Part shown: positions 9,633-21,524 of the stretch, piece by piece | How the letters are laid out: each line of letters starts with the position of its first letter | How positions within the stretch are numbered: the first letter of the stretch is position 1 | From: an uncultured delta proteobacterium | GTDB taxonomy: Bacteria; Desulfobacterota; BSN033; UBA1163 | NCBI GenBank assembly: GCA_963827685.1 | Contig: CAWHBU010000006.1 | Span: forward strand, 448,001 to 512,000 | Direction: 5' to 3' | DNA: 64,000 bases | Notes under the pieces: generated by a model | What the model saw: the letters and a program-made list of their open reading frames with translations, nothing else | The model's database searches: none | What the model was told of the DNA's origin: nothing | Translations under genes and position numbers: made by a program

Positions 9633-10946
9633 CAATATTTTCTGAACGACATCGTTTGGGTTTCTTCCCAGCACTCGGACCATCGGTTCTTTACCCACAT
9701 CGCCTTCATCGTAGATGAAATCAGGGACCCGCTTCATCTTTGTCAAGACCTCTCCCACACCCCATTCTAAGGAAGAACCTTCCTCCTCCTTCACCCTCTT
9801 CGGCTCGAGCCTTCGATCAAAATGGCCGACGAGAAAACCTTTTCTCTTTAACTGCGAAATGTTCTCTTTTGAATATCGAATATTCATTGCCGAACGATAC
9901 TCAGGATCAAATTTCATGATCGTAAGAATGATATCGGCGACGTGCTGAGAAGCGCCGAATTCCGGATCACTAAGAGTGGTCACCGAATCTTTGATTCGGA
10001 CGATCCTACCCGGAAAGGCAGCCACATCTTCAATCCCCTCAGCTTGGGGAAGGGCATAGCCTAAGTTGGAAGAAACCTCTGGAATAAGATGTCCTATCTT
10101 CTCCTCCTTCAATACTTCCACTGCCCTCTTTAACTCCTGGGTCACCCGATACCGTTCCATCTCCCTCAGGACATAAGCAGAGGGGTTGGCAGGACCTGCT
10201 CCTTTTCCGAGGCTGAGACCGGATTGGATCGCCATGGTGATGAAGGTCTTTGCCTTTCTCACCGCTTCATAAACAGTATCCCCTCTCGCCAAGAGCGTTG
10301 CAATCGCTGAGGCAAAGGTGCAACCCGTTCCATGGGTATTCTTCGACTCAATCCTCGGTCCTTCCATCTCATCAAAATTTCTTCCGTCGTAAAGGAGGTC
10401 AATGGCCATCCTTTTGAGATGGCCTCCTTTCACGACCACATGTCTTGCTCCCAATTTGTAAATGAGATGAGCGGCTTTCTTCATCCCATCAAGAGAGTTT
10501 ACCTTTAATCCGGTGAGAGCCGATGCCTCCATAAGATTCGGCGTCACCACCCACGCAAGAGGAATCAATTTCCTGATGAGCGACTCTTGAGCATCCTTTC
10601 GAAGAAGGTGAGCCCCGCTCTTTGAGATCATCACCGGATCCACCACCACCTTCCTCACTTTATACTGTTTAATCTTTTTGGACACGACCTCAATAATTTC
10701 TTTATTTGCCAGCATCCCTGTCTTGATGGCATCAGCCCCGATGTCAGAGAGAACCGAATCGATCTGCTTTTCGACAAATCGGGCAGGAATCTCATGGATG
10801 CCTTGGACCCCCACTGTATTCTGTGCTGTCAGGGCAGTGAGCACACTCATCCCATAACCGCCGAGTAAAGTGATGGTTTTTAGATCTGCCTGAATTCCTG
10901 CACCGCCTCCAGAATCTGATCCGGCAATTGTCAGTATTCGTTTCAT
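9609..10946 (-). CDS. thiD: Bifunctional HMP/HMP-P kinase fused to ThiN-type thiamine-phosphate synthase (ThiDN)
   Basis: [28 protein letters not shown]; C-terminal ThiN domain [28 protein letters not shown]. Confidence 0.93.
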   Translation of the reverse strand: MKRILTIAGSDSGGGAGIQADLKTITLLGGYGMSVLTALTAQNTVGVQGIHEIPARFVEKQIDSVLSDIGADAIKTGMLANKEIIEVVSKKIKQYKVRKVVVDPVMISKSGAHLLRKDAQESLIRKLIPLAWVVTPNLMEASALTGLKVNSLDGMKKAAHLIYKLGARHVVVKGGHLKRMAIDLLYDGRNFDEMEGPRIESKNTHGTGCTFASAIATLLARGDTVYEAVRKAKTFITMAIQSGLSLGKGAGPANPSAYVLREMERYRVTQELKRAVEVLKEEKIGHLIPEVSSNLGYALPQAEGIEDVAAFPGRIVRIKDSVTTLSDPEFGASQHVADIILTIMKFDPEYRSAMNIRYSKENISQLKRKGFLVGHFDRRLEPKRVKEEEGSSLEWGVGEVLTKMKRVPDFIYDEGDVGKEPMVRVLGRNPNDVVQKILKAVDSRQ

Positions 10947-11728
10947 TTCGATCTCCGTAACTCTTTCATAATCAAAGAGGCCACCTTTTCCCCTGACAGG
11001 AGCATCCCTCCGAAGATAGGACCCATTCGATAGGACCCGAAAGTGGCATTGGCAGCCATGCCGCATACATAGAGCCCCGGAAAGACCTCCCGTGTATTGA
11101 CCATCGTATCCTTCTCAGCCGCTTCCGCCCACAATGACTTCTCGCCGACGATTTTGCCTGTCTCAGTAAATAGTCTGATATCATTTTTCTTTTGGAGGAT
11201 AGCAACAACCTCCGTGGCATGGCCTGTGGCATCGACAACGAATTTCGATTGAATGGTCAAAGGATCGACATGCAAACTGGCCATCTCCACGGCCGTCCAA
11301 TTGAGAACCAACCCAGAAACTCGATTTTCCCGGATGATGAGATCTTCAGAACTGATCAGATTAAATATGGCCACTCCTGACTTCACCGCTTTTGAACAGA
11401 GCGTTGAGATAGCCTCGATAGAATCAGCGGTGTAGTAGCCATTGCTGTAAGGTTTGGATCGAATTCCAAATTCATCAAGGATTCTCTTCCCCTCCTCCTG
11501 GACGACGATCTCATTGAGCATCATCCCGCCGCCCCACATTCCTCCTCCGATCGAGAGTTTCCTCTCGAAAAGAGTGACTTTAAACCCATTTTTGGCCAAG
11601 TAATATGAACAGACCAATCCAGAAGGCCCTCCTCCTACAATCGCCACATCGACGGAGAGGTTTTCCCTAAATTTCTCGTAGTATCGATCAACAATTGCCT
11701 GGGTGATAATCTTTTCATCAAGTACCAT
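10943..11728 (-). CDS. thi4: Sulfide-dependent adenosine diphosphate thiazole synthase (Thi4)
   Basis: [41 protein letters not shown]. Confidence 0.93.
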   Translation of the reverse strand: MVLDEKIITQAIVDRYYEKFRENLSVDVAIVGGGPSGLVCSYYLAKNGFKVTLFERKLSIGGGMWGGGMMLNEIVVQEEGKRILDEFGIRSKPYSNGYYTADSIEAISTLCSKAVKSGVAIFNLISSEDLIIRENRVSGLVLNWTAVEMASLHVDPLTIQSKFVVDATGHATEVVAILQKKNDIRLFTETGKIVGEKSLWAEAAEKDTMVNTREVFPGLYVCGMAANATFGSYRMGPIFGGMLLSGEKVASLIMKELRRSK

Positions 11729-11787
11729 ACAAATCTCCTTTCTTGCCATGAACCCTACGGGTTCATGTTTTCACTGCTCTGGTACAA

Positions 11788-11830
11788 CAAAAAAAGCCGT
11801 AATTCCAAATGGAGGTATTACGGCTTTCTT
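11788..11830 (-). terminator. Riboswitch-associated intrinsic terminator
   Basis: Minus strand AAAGCCGTAAT...ATTACGGC followed by a T run, between the aptamer and thi4. Confidence 0.8.
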
Positions 11831-11839
11831 TCCGTTTTC

Positions 11840-11936
11840 CGCTTCCCTTCGCTGGAATTACCCAAACAGGTTCGGAGGGTCTCCCTGTCCCGCTGTAGCA
11901 GGACAAGGACTCTCAGCCCAATGAGCTCCCCTAGCT
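11840..11936 (-). ncRNA. TPP riboswitch
   Basis: Minus strand GGGGAGC..GGGCTGAGAG..GACCC..GAACCTG..GGTAATTCCAGCGAAGGGAA upstream of thiamine genes. Confidence 0.95.
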
Positions 11937-12281
11937 AACTTTTTAAAGTTATTATTACGAAGTAATTGTAATATGTCAACTAGTCTTTGTGAAAAAACAA
12001 TAAGCTCTCATTCGGGGGATAGCCGGGGGTTTACTATCTCTCTCGAACTTACCGTGCCGATGGATGATAGATAGAAGCTTTCCAGCCTCAAAACTGTTTA
12101 TTAATTTAATGAAATCATTGATGTATTCTCTGTGACGTTGGAGCCAGATTAACTTTGTGAAAAATTTCTTGACTTCTGGGAATCTTTACTTTATATTCTA
12201 CCCAAACTTTTGACAAATCTTCCCCACCAAAGTTATCATATCTGAAAATTTTTGCGGGGATCGTAAAGAGGAGAGGGCATT

Positions 12282-14798
<2,517 letters not shown>

Positions 14799-14821
14799 TC
14801 GTTGATTGATACACAAATAAG

Positions 14822-14860
14822 AAAAGCCCTCACCTCGCAAGGGGTGAGGGCTTTTTATTT
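14822..14860 (+). terminator. Intrinsic terminator (possibly bidirectional)
   Basis: AAAAGCCCTCACC-TCGCAAG-GGGTGAGGGCTTTTTATTT. Confidence 0.85.
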
Positions 14861-14887
14861 GCGGCTCTTCCGGGTTTCTTGTAGGTT

Positions 14888-14955
14888 ACCTCCCCTAACC
14901 CCCCTTCATCCCCCCTTAATTTAAGGGGGGAATAGAGGGGGGTTACAAGAGGGGG
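14888..14955. repeat. C-rich/G-rich palindromic repeat
   Basis: cctcccctaacccccc...ccccccttaatttaagggggg...gggggttacaagaggggg. Confidence 0.55.
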
Positions 14956-14981
14956 CCCTTTTGTCCTATGCCCTTTGCGTT

Positions 14982-15347
14982 CTACGGCCAATTCAAATCA
15001 AAGGCATCCCGGATCAATTCGATCTCTTCTCCTCCAGGGGTGAGGAGAATGGCAACAACATCAAACCTTGCCTTCACATCTCCTATCTTTTTCTCTTTGA
15101 GGAAATTTAATGCCACCTTGGAAAGCTGCCTCTGTTTCCAGGAAGTCACCGCCAGTTGGGGAGGACCAAAGTCCATGGATGTCCGAGTTTTCACTTCGAT
15201 GAAGACCAGGGTGTCTTTCTCCTTGCCAATGAGGTCCATCTCACCCATTTTACAGACATAATTTTTTTCGATGATACGATACCCTCTCTTCTTTAAGAAT
15301 CGAAGGGCCTTTTCCTCACCCTTCTTTCCGAGTTCTTTCTTCTGCAT
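14982..15347 (-). CDS. YraN family (UPF0102) endonuclease-like protein
   Basis: LGKKGEE.A, GEMDLI, LVFIEVKTR, RFDVVAI. Confidence 0.92.
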   Translation of the reverse strand: MQKKELGKKGEEKALRFLKKRGYRIIEKNYVCKMGEMDLIGKEKDTLVFIEVKTRTSMDFGPPQLAVTSWKQRQLSKVALNFLKEKKIGDVKARFDVVAILLTPGGEEIELIRDAFDLNWP

Positions 15348-15360
15348 CGCCAGTCCCAAA

Positions 15361-15458
15361 AGGGTTCGAGGATTCTCGGGTTCAAGGGTTCAAGTTACTT
15401 CTTTTGATATTTATTTATTCACCTTGACCCCTGGAATCCTTGACCCCTTGAACCTTTG
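15361..15458. repeat. Inverted octamer-repeat hairpin
   Basis: agggttcgaggattctcgggttcaagggttcaag ... cttgacccctggaatccttgaccccttgaacc. Confidence 0.8.
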
Positions 15459-15460
15459 CA

Positions 15461-16057
15461 TTACAAGTACTCTTTCACGCCTCGAAAGGTTTTGCGGTGG
15501 AGTTCGCAGACCCCGAATTTTTCAATCGCCCTCCGATGTTCCTTTGTCCCATAACCTTTATGTCTGGCAAAATTATATTGAGGATATTTTCGGTGGCATT
15601 CCAGCATCATTCGGTCCCGGGTCACTTTGGCTATGATGGAAGCTGCCGCAATGGAGTTACAGAGCTGATCGCCCTTCCGGATAGGTTTCTGAGGAATGGG
15701 GAGTGTAATACCTTGAAGACCATCGATAAGAATAAAATCTGGAGGCGGGGAAAGGTTTTCAATGGCCAGGGCCATGGCTTTTAGCGTGGCCTGGAGAATA
15801 TTGATACGATCGATCTCTTCTTGTCCAATAATTCCAATTCCTACTCCTTGGGCTTCTGAAAGGATCGCTTCATAAAGATGCTCTCTCTTTTTCGACGAAA
15901 TTTTTTTTGAATCAAAAACTTCCTCTTTAATACCGTTTCTGGATAGGACAACAGCCGCGGCGACAACCGGCCCGGCTAAGGGCCCTCTTCCCACCTCATC
16001 CACACCAGCAATCCGATTGTAACCACGACCATAGAACATCTTTTCGAAAAAATCCAT
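15461..16057 (-). CDS. rnhB: Ribonuclease HII
   Basis: AGVDEVGRGPLAGPV, DSKK, SIAAASIIAKVTRD, HKGYGT. Confidence 0.96.
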   Translation of the reverse strand: MDFFEKMFYGRGYNRIAGVDEVGRGPLAGPVVAAAVVLSRNGIKEEVFDSKKISSKKREHLYEAILSEAQGVGIGIIGQEEIDRINILQATLKAMALAIENLSPPPDFILIDGLQGITLPIPQKPIRKGDQLCNSIAAASIIAKVTRDRMMLECHRKYPQYNFARHKGYGTKEHRRAIEKFGVCELHRKTFRGVKEYL

Positions 16058-16096
16058 GGGTTGGGTTGGGAGGGATGGAAAAAGCATAAACCATTA

Positions 16097-16185
16097 GAGT
16101 AGGCAGGAGGTAGTAGACAGTAAGCAGAAAAAAAATAAAGATTCGATCTTCCACTACCTACTGCATTCTGCCTTCTGCATTCTGG
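16097..16185. repeat. Inverted heptamer-repeat hairpin
   Basis: agtaggcaggaggtagtagacagtaagcag ... ctacctactgcattctgccttctgcattctg. Confidence 0.75.
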
Positions 16186-16188
16186 TTA

Positions 16189-16542
16189 TCAGGCGACCTG
16201 TTTCTTTTCGCCCCGGATACGAGCCGCCTTCCCCTTCAGGCCTCGAAGGTAGAAAAGCTTAGCCCGTCTCACCTTTCCTCGGCTGATCACATCGATCCGA
16301 TCAAGCCGGGGTGAATGGAGGGGAAAAACCCTCTCAACGCCGATCCCGTAAGAGATCTTCCTCACGGTGAAGGTAGATCGAATCCCCCCCCTTTTCTTAC
16401 GAATGACCACTCCTTCAAAAGGTTGTATTCTTTCCTTCTCTCCCTCTACTATCTTTACATGGACCCTTATTGTATCTCCCACCCTGAAATCCGGGAGATC
16501 TGTCCTCAGCTGTTCTCTTTCAACCAATTCCATCGGATTCAT
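16189..16542 (-). CDS. rplS: 50S ribosomal protein L19
   Basis: [38 protein letters not shown]. Confidence 0.97.
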   Translation of the reverse strand: MNPMELVEREQLRTDLPDFRVGDTIRVHVKIVEGEKERIQPFEGVVIRKKRGGIRSTFTVRKISYGIGVERVFPLHSPRLDRIDVISRGKVRRAKLFYLRGLKGKAARIRGEKKQVA

Positions 16543-16570
16543 CTTCTTCTCCTTCCCTATACAATTTCAA

Positions 16571-16664
16571 AATGCGGATCGCGGAGTGCGGAATAAAAAT
16601 CGAAATTCATGTCTTGAAAACTTAAATTAAGAAATTCCGCATTCTGCATTCCGAATTCCGCAAT
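16571..16664. repeat. Inverted heptamer-repeat hairpin
   Basis: aatgcggatcgcggagtgcggaat ... attccgcattctgcattccgaattccgcaat. Confidence 0.8.
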
Positions 16665-17227
16665 CACGAACGGTCTCCCAATAATCGATCTAAAATAATC
16701 GCCACTGCTGAGCGAACTGGAAGGTGATTATATCCTTTCCCCTCGATTGGCGCCAGGACATAATCAGAGCCATCCTTCACCTCCTGAGTTAAACCCCATC
16801 CCGTTCCAAAAAGAATGAAGAAGGGGGTGCTTTCATCTTTCAATGACTTCTTTAAGAATCCAAAATCAATACTCTTTGGATGGGGGGAGGCTCCTGTTGC
16901 CACTCTTTTCACTCTTGTCTGCCAGAGATCGGAGATCTCTTGATCAGCTTCGTCAATGCTCCGTGAGACCCGGACGAGAGAAAGAGATTCCTTCCTCGTT
17001 GGGTTGTAAACCGACCCGATGCCCTCTACCCAATGCCGAATAATCCTCTCTGCTAACCGAATCTGGCTTTCCAATGGGGTAATAATGAAGAAACCTCCTG
17101 CTCCAAATGTCTTTGCACAACGCGCAATGTCGTGAATGTCAAAATTGGTGATGGCTGTAGCTACTACCTCTCTTTTCTTATCATAGATAGGATAGTGGAC
17201 CAATCCTATGTAAAGATTAGATCCCAT
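16664..17227 (-). CDS. SPOUT-family RNA methyltransferase (TrmD-associated)
   Basis: [32 protein letters not shown]. Confidence 0.85.
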   Translation of the reverse strand: MGSNLYIGLVHYPIYDKKREVVATAITNFDIHDIARCAKTFGAGGFFIITPLESQIRLAERIIRHWVEGIGSVYNPTRKESLSLVRVSRSIDEADQEISDLWQTRVKRVATGASPHPKSIDFGFLKKSLKDESTPFFILFGTGWGLTQEVKDGSDYVLAPIEGKGYNHLPVRSAVAIILDRLLGDRS

Positions 17228-17975
17228 CCCCGGCCTGTTCCCTCCTGATTTGCTGAAGGATTTCTTCCAAGAGTTTCTTATCCTCATCAGAGAGATTGGC
17301 CTTGGCTAACAGATCTGGCCGTCTCAACGATGTCCGCCTGAGTGCCTCTTTTTTCCTCCAGAGAGAAATCGCTGAATGGTTTCCAGAAAGGAGGACTTCC
17401 GGAACGCAACGCCCTCTGAAATCAGAGGGCCGCGTGTACTGCGGATATTCTAAGAGAGAGTTGAAGAAGGAATCGTCCTCGGCGGAGCGATCGGATCCCA
17501 AAACCCCGGGAATGAACCTTGAGACAGCGTCGACAAGGACCATCGCCGCCAATTCCCCTCCTGTCAGGACATAGTCTCCAATCGAAATCTCCTCTTCGAT
17601 AAAGAGCGCTCTTGCTCTTTCATCCACTCCCTCATATCGGCCACAGAGAAGGATGAGATGAGGTTGAGTGGAAAGCCTCCGAGCCAAATCCTGGTTGAGG
17701 GGTTCCCCCTGGGGAGTCAGATAAACCACCCGGGCAGATGGATTTTGAGACTTGACCGATTCGATAGCCCGGGCAATGGGCTCCACTTTCATCACCATGC
17801 CCTGGCCTCCTCCATAAGGATTATCATCCACCACCTGATGTTTATCCAGGGCAAAATCCCGGATGTTAATGGTTCGAATTTGGATAAGCCCTTTCTCGAT
17901 GGCTTTGCCTAAAATGCTTTCCTGCAGAGGGGAGGAAAACATATTAGGAAAGAGGGTTAGAATGTCAAACCTCAT
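17217..17975 (-). CDS. trmD: tRNA (guanine37-N1)-methyltransferase
   Basis: [36 protein letters not shown]. Confidence 0.97.
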   Translation of the reverse strand: MRFDILTLFPNMFSSPLQESILGKAIEKGLIQIRTINIRDFALDKHQVVDDNPYGGGQGMVMKVEPIARAIESVKSQNPSARVVYLTPQGEPLNQDLARRLSTQPHLILLCGRYEGVDERARALFIEEEISIGDYVLTGGELAAMVLVDAVSRFIPGVLGSDRSAEDDSFFNSLLEYPQYTRPSDFRGRCVPEVLLSGNHSAISLWRKKEALRRTSLRRPDLLAKANLSDEDKKLLEEILQQIRREQAGDGI

Positions 17976-18498
17976 CTTCGTCCTCCCACAAGCCCTCCAT
18001 TCGGACGACTTTCATCACTCCTTTCTTAAGGTCTATGCTCCGGATCACCTCCTCGGTCGCTGGCAGTAAGATTTCTCCCCTTTTTCCTTCGACAACGTAG
18101 ACGTCATTGGCCCCCGTACGAAAGATCTTCCTGACCTCTCCGATCCTTTTGCCCCCCTGGGTCTCAACCTTCATTCCCAAGAGGTCCACCCAATAATATT
18201 CTCCTTCTTCCAATTCAAGAAGTGCTTCTTTCTCAATGAGAATCTCTTTCCCCATCAGAGACTCTGCCTCTTCAATCTTTTCAATCCCTTTTAATCGGAG
18301 GATGAGACGCGGTGGTTGAGGAATTGCCTCTAAGATCTCGTAAGCCTTAGGTCTGCCCTTTTCGTCCTCGATGAAAATCTCACGATAGAGAGAAAGCCGG
18401 TGGAGGTCTTCTCCAAAATACTCCACTTTCACCTTCCCCCTGACCCCGTGGAGTTTGACCACCCTGCCGATGGGGAAAAGATTTTTTTCGCCAATCAT
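17965..18498 (-). CDS. rimM: Ribosome maturation factor RimM
   Basis: [30 protein letters not shown]; conserved operon position. Confidence 0.93.
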   Translation of the reverse strand: MIGEKNLFPIGRVVKLHGVRGKVKVEYFGEDLHRLSLYREIFIEDEKGRPKAYEILEAIPQPPRLILRLKGIEKIEEAESLMGKEILIEKEALLELEEGEYYWVDLLGMKVETQGGKRIGEVRKIFRTGANDVYVVEGKRGEILLPATEEVIRSIDLKKGVMKVVRMEGLWEDEDEV

Positions 18499-18746
18499 TA
18501 CCTTCCGGTTGTACAAAAAACGTTCCAAAAGGCAGCTGAGTCTGTTGAAGAACCTTTACACCTGCTTGCCCGTGGCCGCTTCGGCGAAGGCAGGGCGACA
18601 CCTTTGAACGTTTAGCTACTCAGTTTCCAAGCGTATAACAAAGGTCACTTCAGATGACACTGCACGCTATCCATAAAAGATGGAAAAACTCGCTTGGTAA
18701 TGGTTTGAAAGGAAATCCAACTGCCGATTTAACGCAACATTAACGG

Positions 18747-18983
18747 TTATTCGATGATCTCTAAAACGGAACGTTTCCCCAAATTCGCCGAGACCGCCCC
18801 CAAGATGACCCGAAGGGCCCTGGCCGTCCTCCCCTGTTTTCCGATCACCTTCCCCAAATCTTCCTTCGCCACAGAGAGTTCAATAATGGAAGTTTTCTCA
18901 CCTTCGATTTCAGAGACCTTGACTTGATCCGGATAATCAACCAATGCCTTGGCAATATACTCAACGAGCTCTTTTGCGTTCAT
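18747..18983 (-). CDS. KH-domain RNA-binding protein (KhpA/YlqC family)
   Basis: [13 protein letters not shown]; lies between rpsP and rimM. Confidence 0.92.
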   Translation of the reverse strand: MNAKELVEYIAKALVDYPDQVKVSEIEGEKTSIIELSVAKEDLGKVIGKQGRTARALRVILGAVSANLGKRSVLEIIE

Positions 18984-19054
18984 ATCCCCACCTCCACTCT
19001 TCGCATCAGTCTTTGATGAGTCTCATGATCAGCAAGGGCTTGGAAAAAGGCGGC

Positions 19055-19324
19055 TCATGCAGTCTTCTCTTCCATCAACTTCTTTGAAATCCCGGACCGT
19101 ATTAGAAGTTGACGAACGGTCGGGGTGGGCTGAGCTCCCTTTCTCAGCCACTGAATCGCCTTTTCTTCCTTGAACCGAACCTCCACTGGATTTTTCTTGG
19201 GATCATAGGTTCCCACCTGGTCAATAAATCTGCCGCCTCTGGAAAAACGACGATCCGAAACTACAATTCGGTAATAGGGGCTCTTCTTTCCACCAAATCT
19301 CATCAATCTCATCGATGCAGCCAT
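19055..19324 (-). CDS. rpsP: 30S ribosomal protein S16
   Basis: RLMRFGGKKSPYYRIVV, GTYDP, WLRKGAQPT. Confidence 0.96.
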   Translation of the reverse strand: MAASMRLMRFGGKKSPYYRIVVSDRRFSRGGRFIDQVGTYDPKKNPVEVRFKEEKAIQWLRKGAQPTPTVRQLLIRSGISKKLMEEKTA

Positions 19325-19384
19325 ATCGTTTTCTACCACCTCCTTCTGTCAAAGAATCGCAAAGGGCATACCCTATAGATCGTA

Positions 19385-19540
19385 AAATTCCAAATGCCAA
19401 TATCCCTGCCTACCGGCAGGCAGGCAAATCTCAAATAAGCTCAAAATACCAGACTAAAATGACCGAAACGATTCTGTTTGAAATTTAGAATTTGGGTCAT
19501 TGAAACTTGTTTGTCATTTGGTGCTTGGGATTTGGCGCTT
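19385..19540. repeat. Inverted heptamer-repeat element (TCCAAAT type) with inserted 20-bp palindrome
   Basis: aaattccaaatgccaa...caaatctcaaat ... atttggtgcttgggatttgg; insert CCTGCCTACCGGCAGGCAGG at 19405-19424. Confidence 0.75.
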
Positions 19541-19559
19541 CTCTTCTGCGTTATTCTAT

Positions 19560-20900
19560 TCACGAAAAGAAAGGCACTCGTCCTCTTCCGAATCCTTTTT
19601 CTCCCATCTTCGTAAATTGCTTCATCATCTTTCGAGCTTGGGCATATTGTTTAAGCAGTCGGTTGACATCTTGAACACTCGTCCCGCTTCCTCGAGCAAT
19701 CCTCAATCTCCGGCTTCCATTGACGATCTGATAATTGGCCCGCTCTTTAGGCGTCATGGAATTGACAATAGCTTCCACCCTCACCAATTCCTTCTCATCG
19801 AAATCGAGGCCCCCTATTCCTTTCATCTTTTTTGGAAGTCCTGGGATCATCCCCAAGATCGATTCCAATGATCCCATCTTTCGAACCTGTTGAATCTGGT
19901 CCCGAAAATCCTCCAAGGTAAAAGAATCTTTCCGAATCTTCTTCTCTAACTCCCTTGCCTTCTTCTCGTCGAACGCAGTTTCTGCCTTCTCGATCAGGGT
20001 GAGGACATCTCCCATCCCCAGAATTCTTGAAGCCATTCGATCGGGATGGAAAGTCTCCAAGGCATCTAACCTTTCTCCCACTCCGATAAATTTAATGGGT
20101 TTTTGTGTCACGGATCTAATTGAGAGGGCCGCTCCTCCCCGTGCATCCCCATCCATTTTGGTGAGGATGATTCCATCAATCCCCAGCCGGTCATTGAAGT
20201 TTTTTGCAATATTGACCGCATCCTGGCCGGTCATGGCATCGGCTACCAAGAGCACCTCACTGGGCTTGATCTGGGTTTTGATCTCCCGGAGTTCCAGCAT
20301 TAAAGCCTCATCAATATGAAGCCTCCCGGCAGTATCGATGAGCATCAAATCATAACCTCCCTTCAGGGCGAAGTCCTTTGCTTTTAAACAGATCTCCATT
20401 GGGGTTTGCGAAGCTTCGGGGCGGTAAAAATCAACTTTCAACTCCTCCCCTAATTTCTGCAATTGCTCGATCGCCGCGGGTCGGTAAACATCAGCGGGAA
20501 CAAGGTAAGGTCGCTTCTTTTTTCCCTGAAAATACCGCGCCAGTTTACCTGCGGTGGTTGTTTTCCCACAGCCGTGGAGACCTACCAGCATCATTGGAAC
20601 GGGAGGACTTCCCGAAAGATGAATCCTCTGCTCCTCACCGCCCATCAGGGAAATCATCTCTTCTTTTACAATCTTGATCAATTGTTGAGCAGGGGTGAGG
20701 CTGCCCATCACTTCCTGACCGACAGCCCTTCCCTCGACTTGCTGAATAAAATCCTTGACGACCTTGAAATTAACATCCGCCTCCAAGAGGGCAATCCTCA
20801 CTTCCTTTAAGGCTTCTTGGATATTCTGCTCCGTCAACTTTCCATGGCCTCTCAGTTTCTTAAAGATCGAATCTAATTTGGTTGAAAGATTTTCAAACAT
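19560..20900 (-). CDS. ffh: Signal recognition particle protein
   Basis: ALLEADVN, GL.G.GKTT, DTAGR, TKMDGDARGGAALS, SRRLRIARGSG. Confidence 0.97.
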   Translation of the reverse strand: MFENLSTKLDSIFKKLRGHGKLTEQNIQEALKEVRIALLEADVNFKVVKDFIQQVEGRAVGQEVMGSLTPAQQLIKIVKEEMISLMGGEEQRIHLSGSPPVPMMLVGLHGCGKTTTAGKLARYFQGKKKRPYLVPADVYRPAAIEQLQKLGEELKVDFYRPEASQTPMEICLKAKDFALKGGYDLMLIDTAGRLHIDEALMLELREIKTQIKPSEVLLVADAMTGQDAVNIAKNFNDRLGIDGIILTKMDGDARGGAALSIRSVTQKPIKFIGVGERLDALETFHPDRMASRILGMGDVLTLIEKAETAFDEKKARELEKKIRKDSFTLEDFRDQIQQVRKMGSLESILGMIPGLPKKMKGIGGLDFDEKELVRVEAIVNSMTPKERANYQIVNGSRRLRIARGSGTSVQDVNRLLKQYAQARKMMKQFTKMGEKGFGRGRVPFFS

Positions 20901-20979
20901 ACCTAAATCCAAATAGACTATAACCAATTTATTCTATTCGCTCTTCTCCAGGTTGTCAAATTCCCACGTGCTTTTGGAA

Positions 20980-21115
20980 TGACACGGAGACAGGGTGATA
21001 GCGCGATACGGTGAAGCTCGCCGGGTCTTCGCGTCTTCGACCGCTGAAGCGCTTCGCCTGCCTGCGCGAAGCCGCTTCGGCGAAGGCAGGGCACGCAAGC
21101 GTCTCCCCCATCTCT
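20980..21115. repeat. Inverted octamer-repeat element with nested palindromes
   Basis: gacacggagacagggtgata... ; 34-mer at 21057-21090 identical to 6763-6796. Confidence 0.7.
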
Positions 21116-21122
21116 TTTTCAG

Positions 21123-21524
21123 TTACAGTCCCTTTATGATTTTCCATTCCTTTCCCTCTTTCTTGAAAAAGAGGACCTCTTTACCAGAATAGCGATTCTT
21201 CTTCATGCCTTTCTCTACTTCTAAATGAAATTGCTGGATGACGATTGCCGTTTCTCCATCGATTTGGATAGATCGGTCCCAACTGGAATAGGAAATCCGA
21301 TCGAAGGTTTTAAAATATCCTTCGATCCGTTTTTGAAGCCGGCTAAGGTCTTCCTCCTTATCTTGATAGGCCTTGGAGATGCAGGAGAGGTAAAGGGAGA
21401 GGTCTCTTCTCTGGAGGGCCTCTTGCCTTTGATTCAAGATTTGATAGATTTTTTCTTCTTCGGAGACCTGACAGGCTAAGAGGAAAAGAATAGGGAGCAG
21501 AAAGGAGAGGAAACTTCTTCTCAT
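21123..21524 (-). CDS. NTF2/SnoaL-like lipoprotein
   Basis: Lipobox LLAC; C-terminal FKKEGKEWKII typical of the NTF2 fold; overlaps the upstream stop. Confidence 0.7.
   Translation of the reverse strand: MRRSFLSFLLPILFLLACQVSEEEKIYQILNQRQEALQRRDLSLYLSCISKAYQDKEEDLSRLQKRIEGYFKTFDRISYSSWDRSIQIDGETAIVIQQFHLEVEKGMKKNRYSGKEVLFFKKEGKEWKIIKGL

Noticed and set aside
20956-21147. 63-aa ORF containing PAFAEAASRRQA
   Set aside because: Translation of the palindromic repeat insert, not a credible gene
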